Assembly: GCA_039817825.1 (NCBI GenBank)
Contig: JBCBVA010000004.1
Span: 7,912 to 71,911, forward strand
Direction: 5' to 3'
Length of the DNA stretch: 64,000 nucleotides
From: Cyanobacteria bacterium J06642_12
GTDB taxonomy: Bacteria > Cyanobacteriota > Cyanobacteriia > Thermostichales > PCC-7336
Below the pieces are notes generated by a model. It was not told the DNA's origin and searched no databases. It saw only the letters and a program-made list of their open reading frames with translations. Position 1 is the stretch's first letter, and every line of letters begins with the position of its first letter. Made by a program: the position numbers and the translations under genes. Below, in pieces: positions 62,812 through 64,000 of the stretch.

Positions 62812-63999
62812 TCAATGTGCTTGGAATTGCTTGTTGTAGAACTCGGCATATCGCCCCTGTCGATTCAATAGTTCGGCATGAGTGCCAGATTCCACAATCC
62901 GTCCATTCTCCAAAAACAAGATGCGATCTGCCTTTCGCACCGTGCTGAGGCGGTGGGCAATCACAAATGCCGTGCGATCGCGCATGGCCCGTTCTAGAGC
63001 TTCTTGTACCAGTGCTTCTGACTCGGAATCGAGCGCGGATGTCGCCTCATCTAAGATCAAGACGCGCGGATTGAGCAAGACGGCTCGGGCGATCGCAATG
63101 CGCTGCCGCTGTCCTCCCGATAAATTCACTCCACGCTCACCCACCCAAGCGTCGTATCCGTCCTCTTGCTGAGTAATAAATGTATGGGCATTACCCACTT
63201 TGGCCGCTGCTTCCACAGCATCTCTGTCAGGGTCGATCTGGCCGTAGGCAATATTCTGGGCCAGAGTGCCGGAGAATAGGGCCGTGTCTTGGGGGACGAT
63301 GCCGATCTGTTGGCGCAGGCTGGGAATCGTCACTTCGCGGATATTCTGGCCATCCACCAGGATCTCACCCTCTTGGGGATCGTAGAACCGAGCCAGCAGG
63401 TTCACCAGAGTTGTTTTTCCGGCTCCTGATGGTCCCACTAACGCCACCACTTCCCCCGGATGCACTAGGACGCTGACTTGCTGCAACACAGGTTGACCGG
63501 TTTGGTAAGCAAAGCTGACGTTGCGGTACTCTACTTTGCCAGTGATGGGTGGAAGGGCGATCGCGCCTGCTTTTTCTTCTACAGAGGGCTTGACGTCCAT
63601 CAGTTCGAAGATGCGTTCGATGGATGCTTCGGCCTGTTTAAATTCGTTGTATTGGTTGGTGACCAGATCGATCGGATGGAGCAGCAGGACGACGGCTGTG
63701 ATGTAACTAATGAATTCTTGCGGCTGCATTTGGCCGATGGAAATTTGCCAGCCGCCAATCAGAAACAGCAGCACAATACTGACAGCTTCGAGAAAACCAA
63801 TGGCAGGGAACTGAATGGCTTTTAACTGCTCCGCGCGATATTTTGCCATCCGATCGCGCTCGGCTTGAGCTTCAAATTTGCCCACTTCGTAATCTTGCGC
63901 CGCGAAGGCTTGCACGATGCGAATGCTGCCGAATACCTCCGTCAGCATGGACGACAGACTAGACACTTGCTTCTGACTCTTGCGCGATAAATCCAGCAA
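62812..63999 (-). CDS. ABC exporter ATP-binding/permease (MsbA-like), 5' end outside the window
   Basis: GPSGAGKT, LSGGQRQR, ILDEATSALD, IAHRLST, with TM segments upstream. Confidence 0.93.
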   Translation of the reverse strand: MLDLSRKSQKQVSSLSSMLTEVFGSIRIVQAFAAQDYEVGKFEAQAERDRMAKYRAEQLKAIQFPAIGFLEAVSIVLLFLIGGWQISIGQMQPQEFISYITAVVLLLHPIDLVTNQYNEFKQAEASIERIFELMDVKPSVEEKAGAIALPPITGKVEYRNVSFAYQTGQPVLQQVSVLVHPGEVVALVGPSGAGKTTLVNLLARFYDPQEGEILVDGQNIREVTIPSLRQQIGIVPQDTALFSGTLAQNIAYGQIDPDRDAVEAAAKVGNAHTFITQQEDGYDAWVGERGVNLSGGQRQRIAIARAVLLNPRVLILDEATSALDSESEALVQEALERAMRDRTAFVIAHRLSTVRKADRILFLENGRIVESGTHAELLNRQGRYAEFYNKQFQAH

Positions 64000-64000
64000 C

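Overview
Chromosomal window from a cyanobacterium (ycf4, sqdB, crtP-crtB, ccs1, cyAbrB, McdAB, abundant HIP1 octamer GCGATCGC), mostly housekeeping genes. No rRNA, tRNA, CRISPR array, integrase or transposase was recognised. The standout locus is a divergent redox island at about 36.7-45.4 kb. Its minus arm encodes a membrane-anchored globin, a putative pentaheme cytochrome c (4 CXXCH plus an atypical CX4CH), a hexaheme cytochrome c, a monoheme DUF3365 lipoprotein, a four-His cytochrome b-like membrane protein and a TxlA/HCF164-like thioredoxin. Its plus arm encodes a second ResB/CcsA System II maturation pair, and a perfect NtcA-type palindrome lies between the arms. Also notable: a 93-95 bp MITE-like element in four copies, one of which interrupts a yqjG-like pseudogene with a TA target duplication; two small genes missing from the ORF track; an orphan CI/LexA-like repressor; a secreted protein with a duplicated Trp/Tyr/Gly-rich domain; and several tandem repeats. 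All product calls come from motif recognition by eye, with no database search. Start codons adjusted from the ORF track are best guesses.
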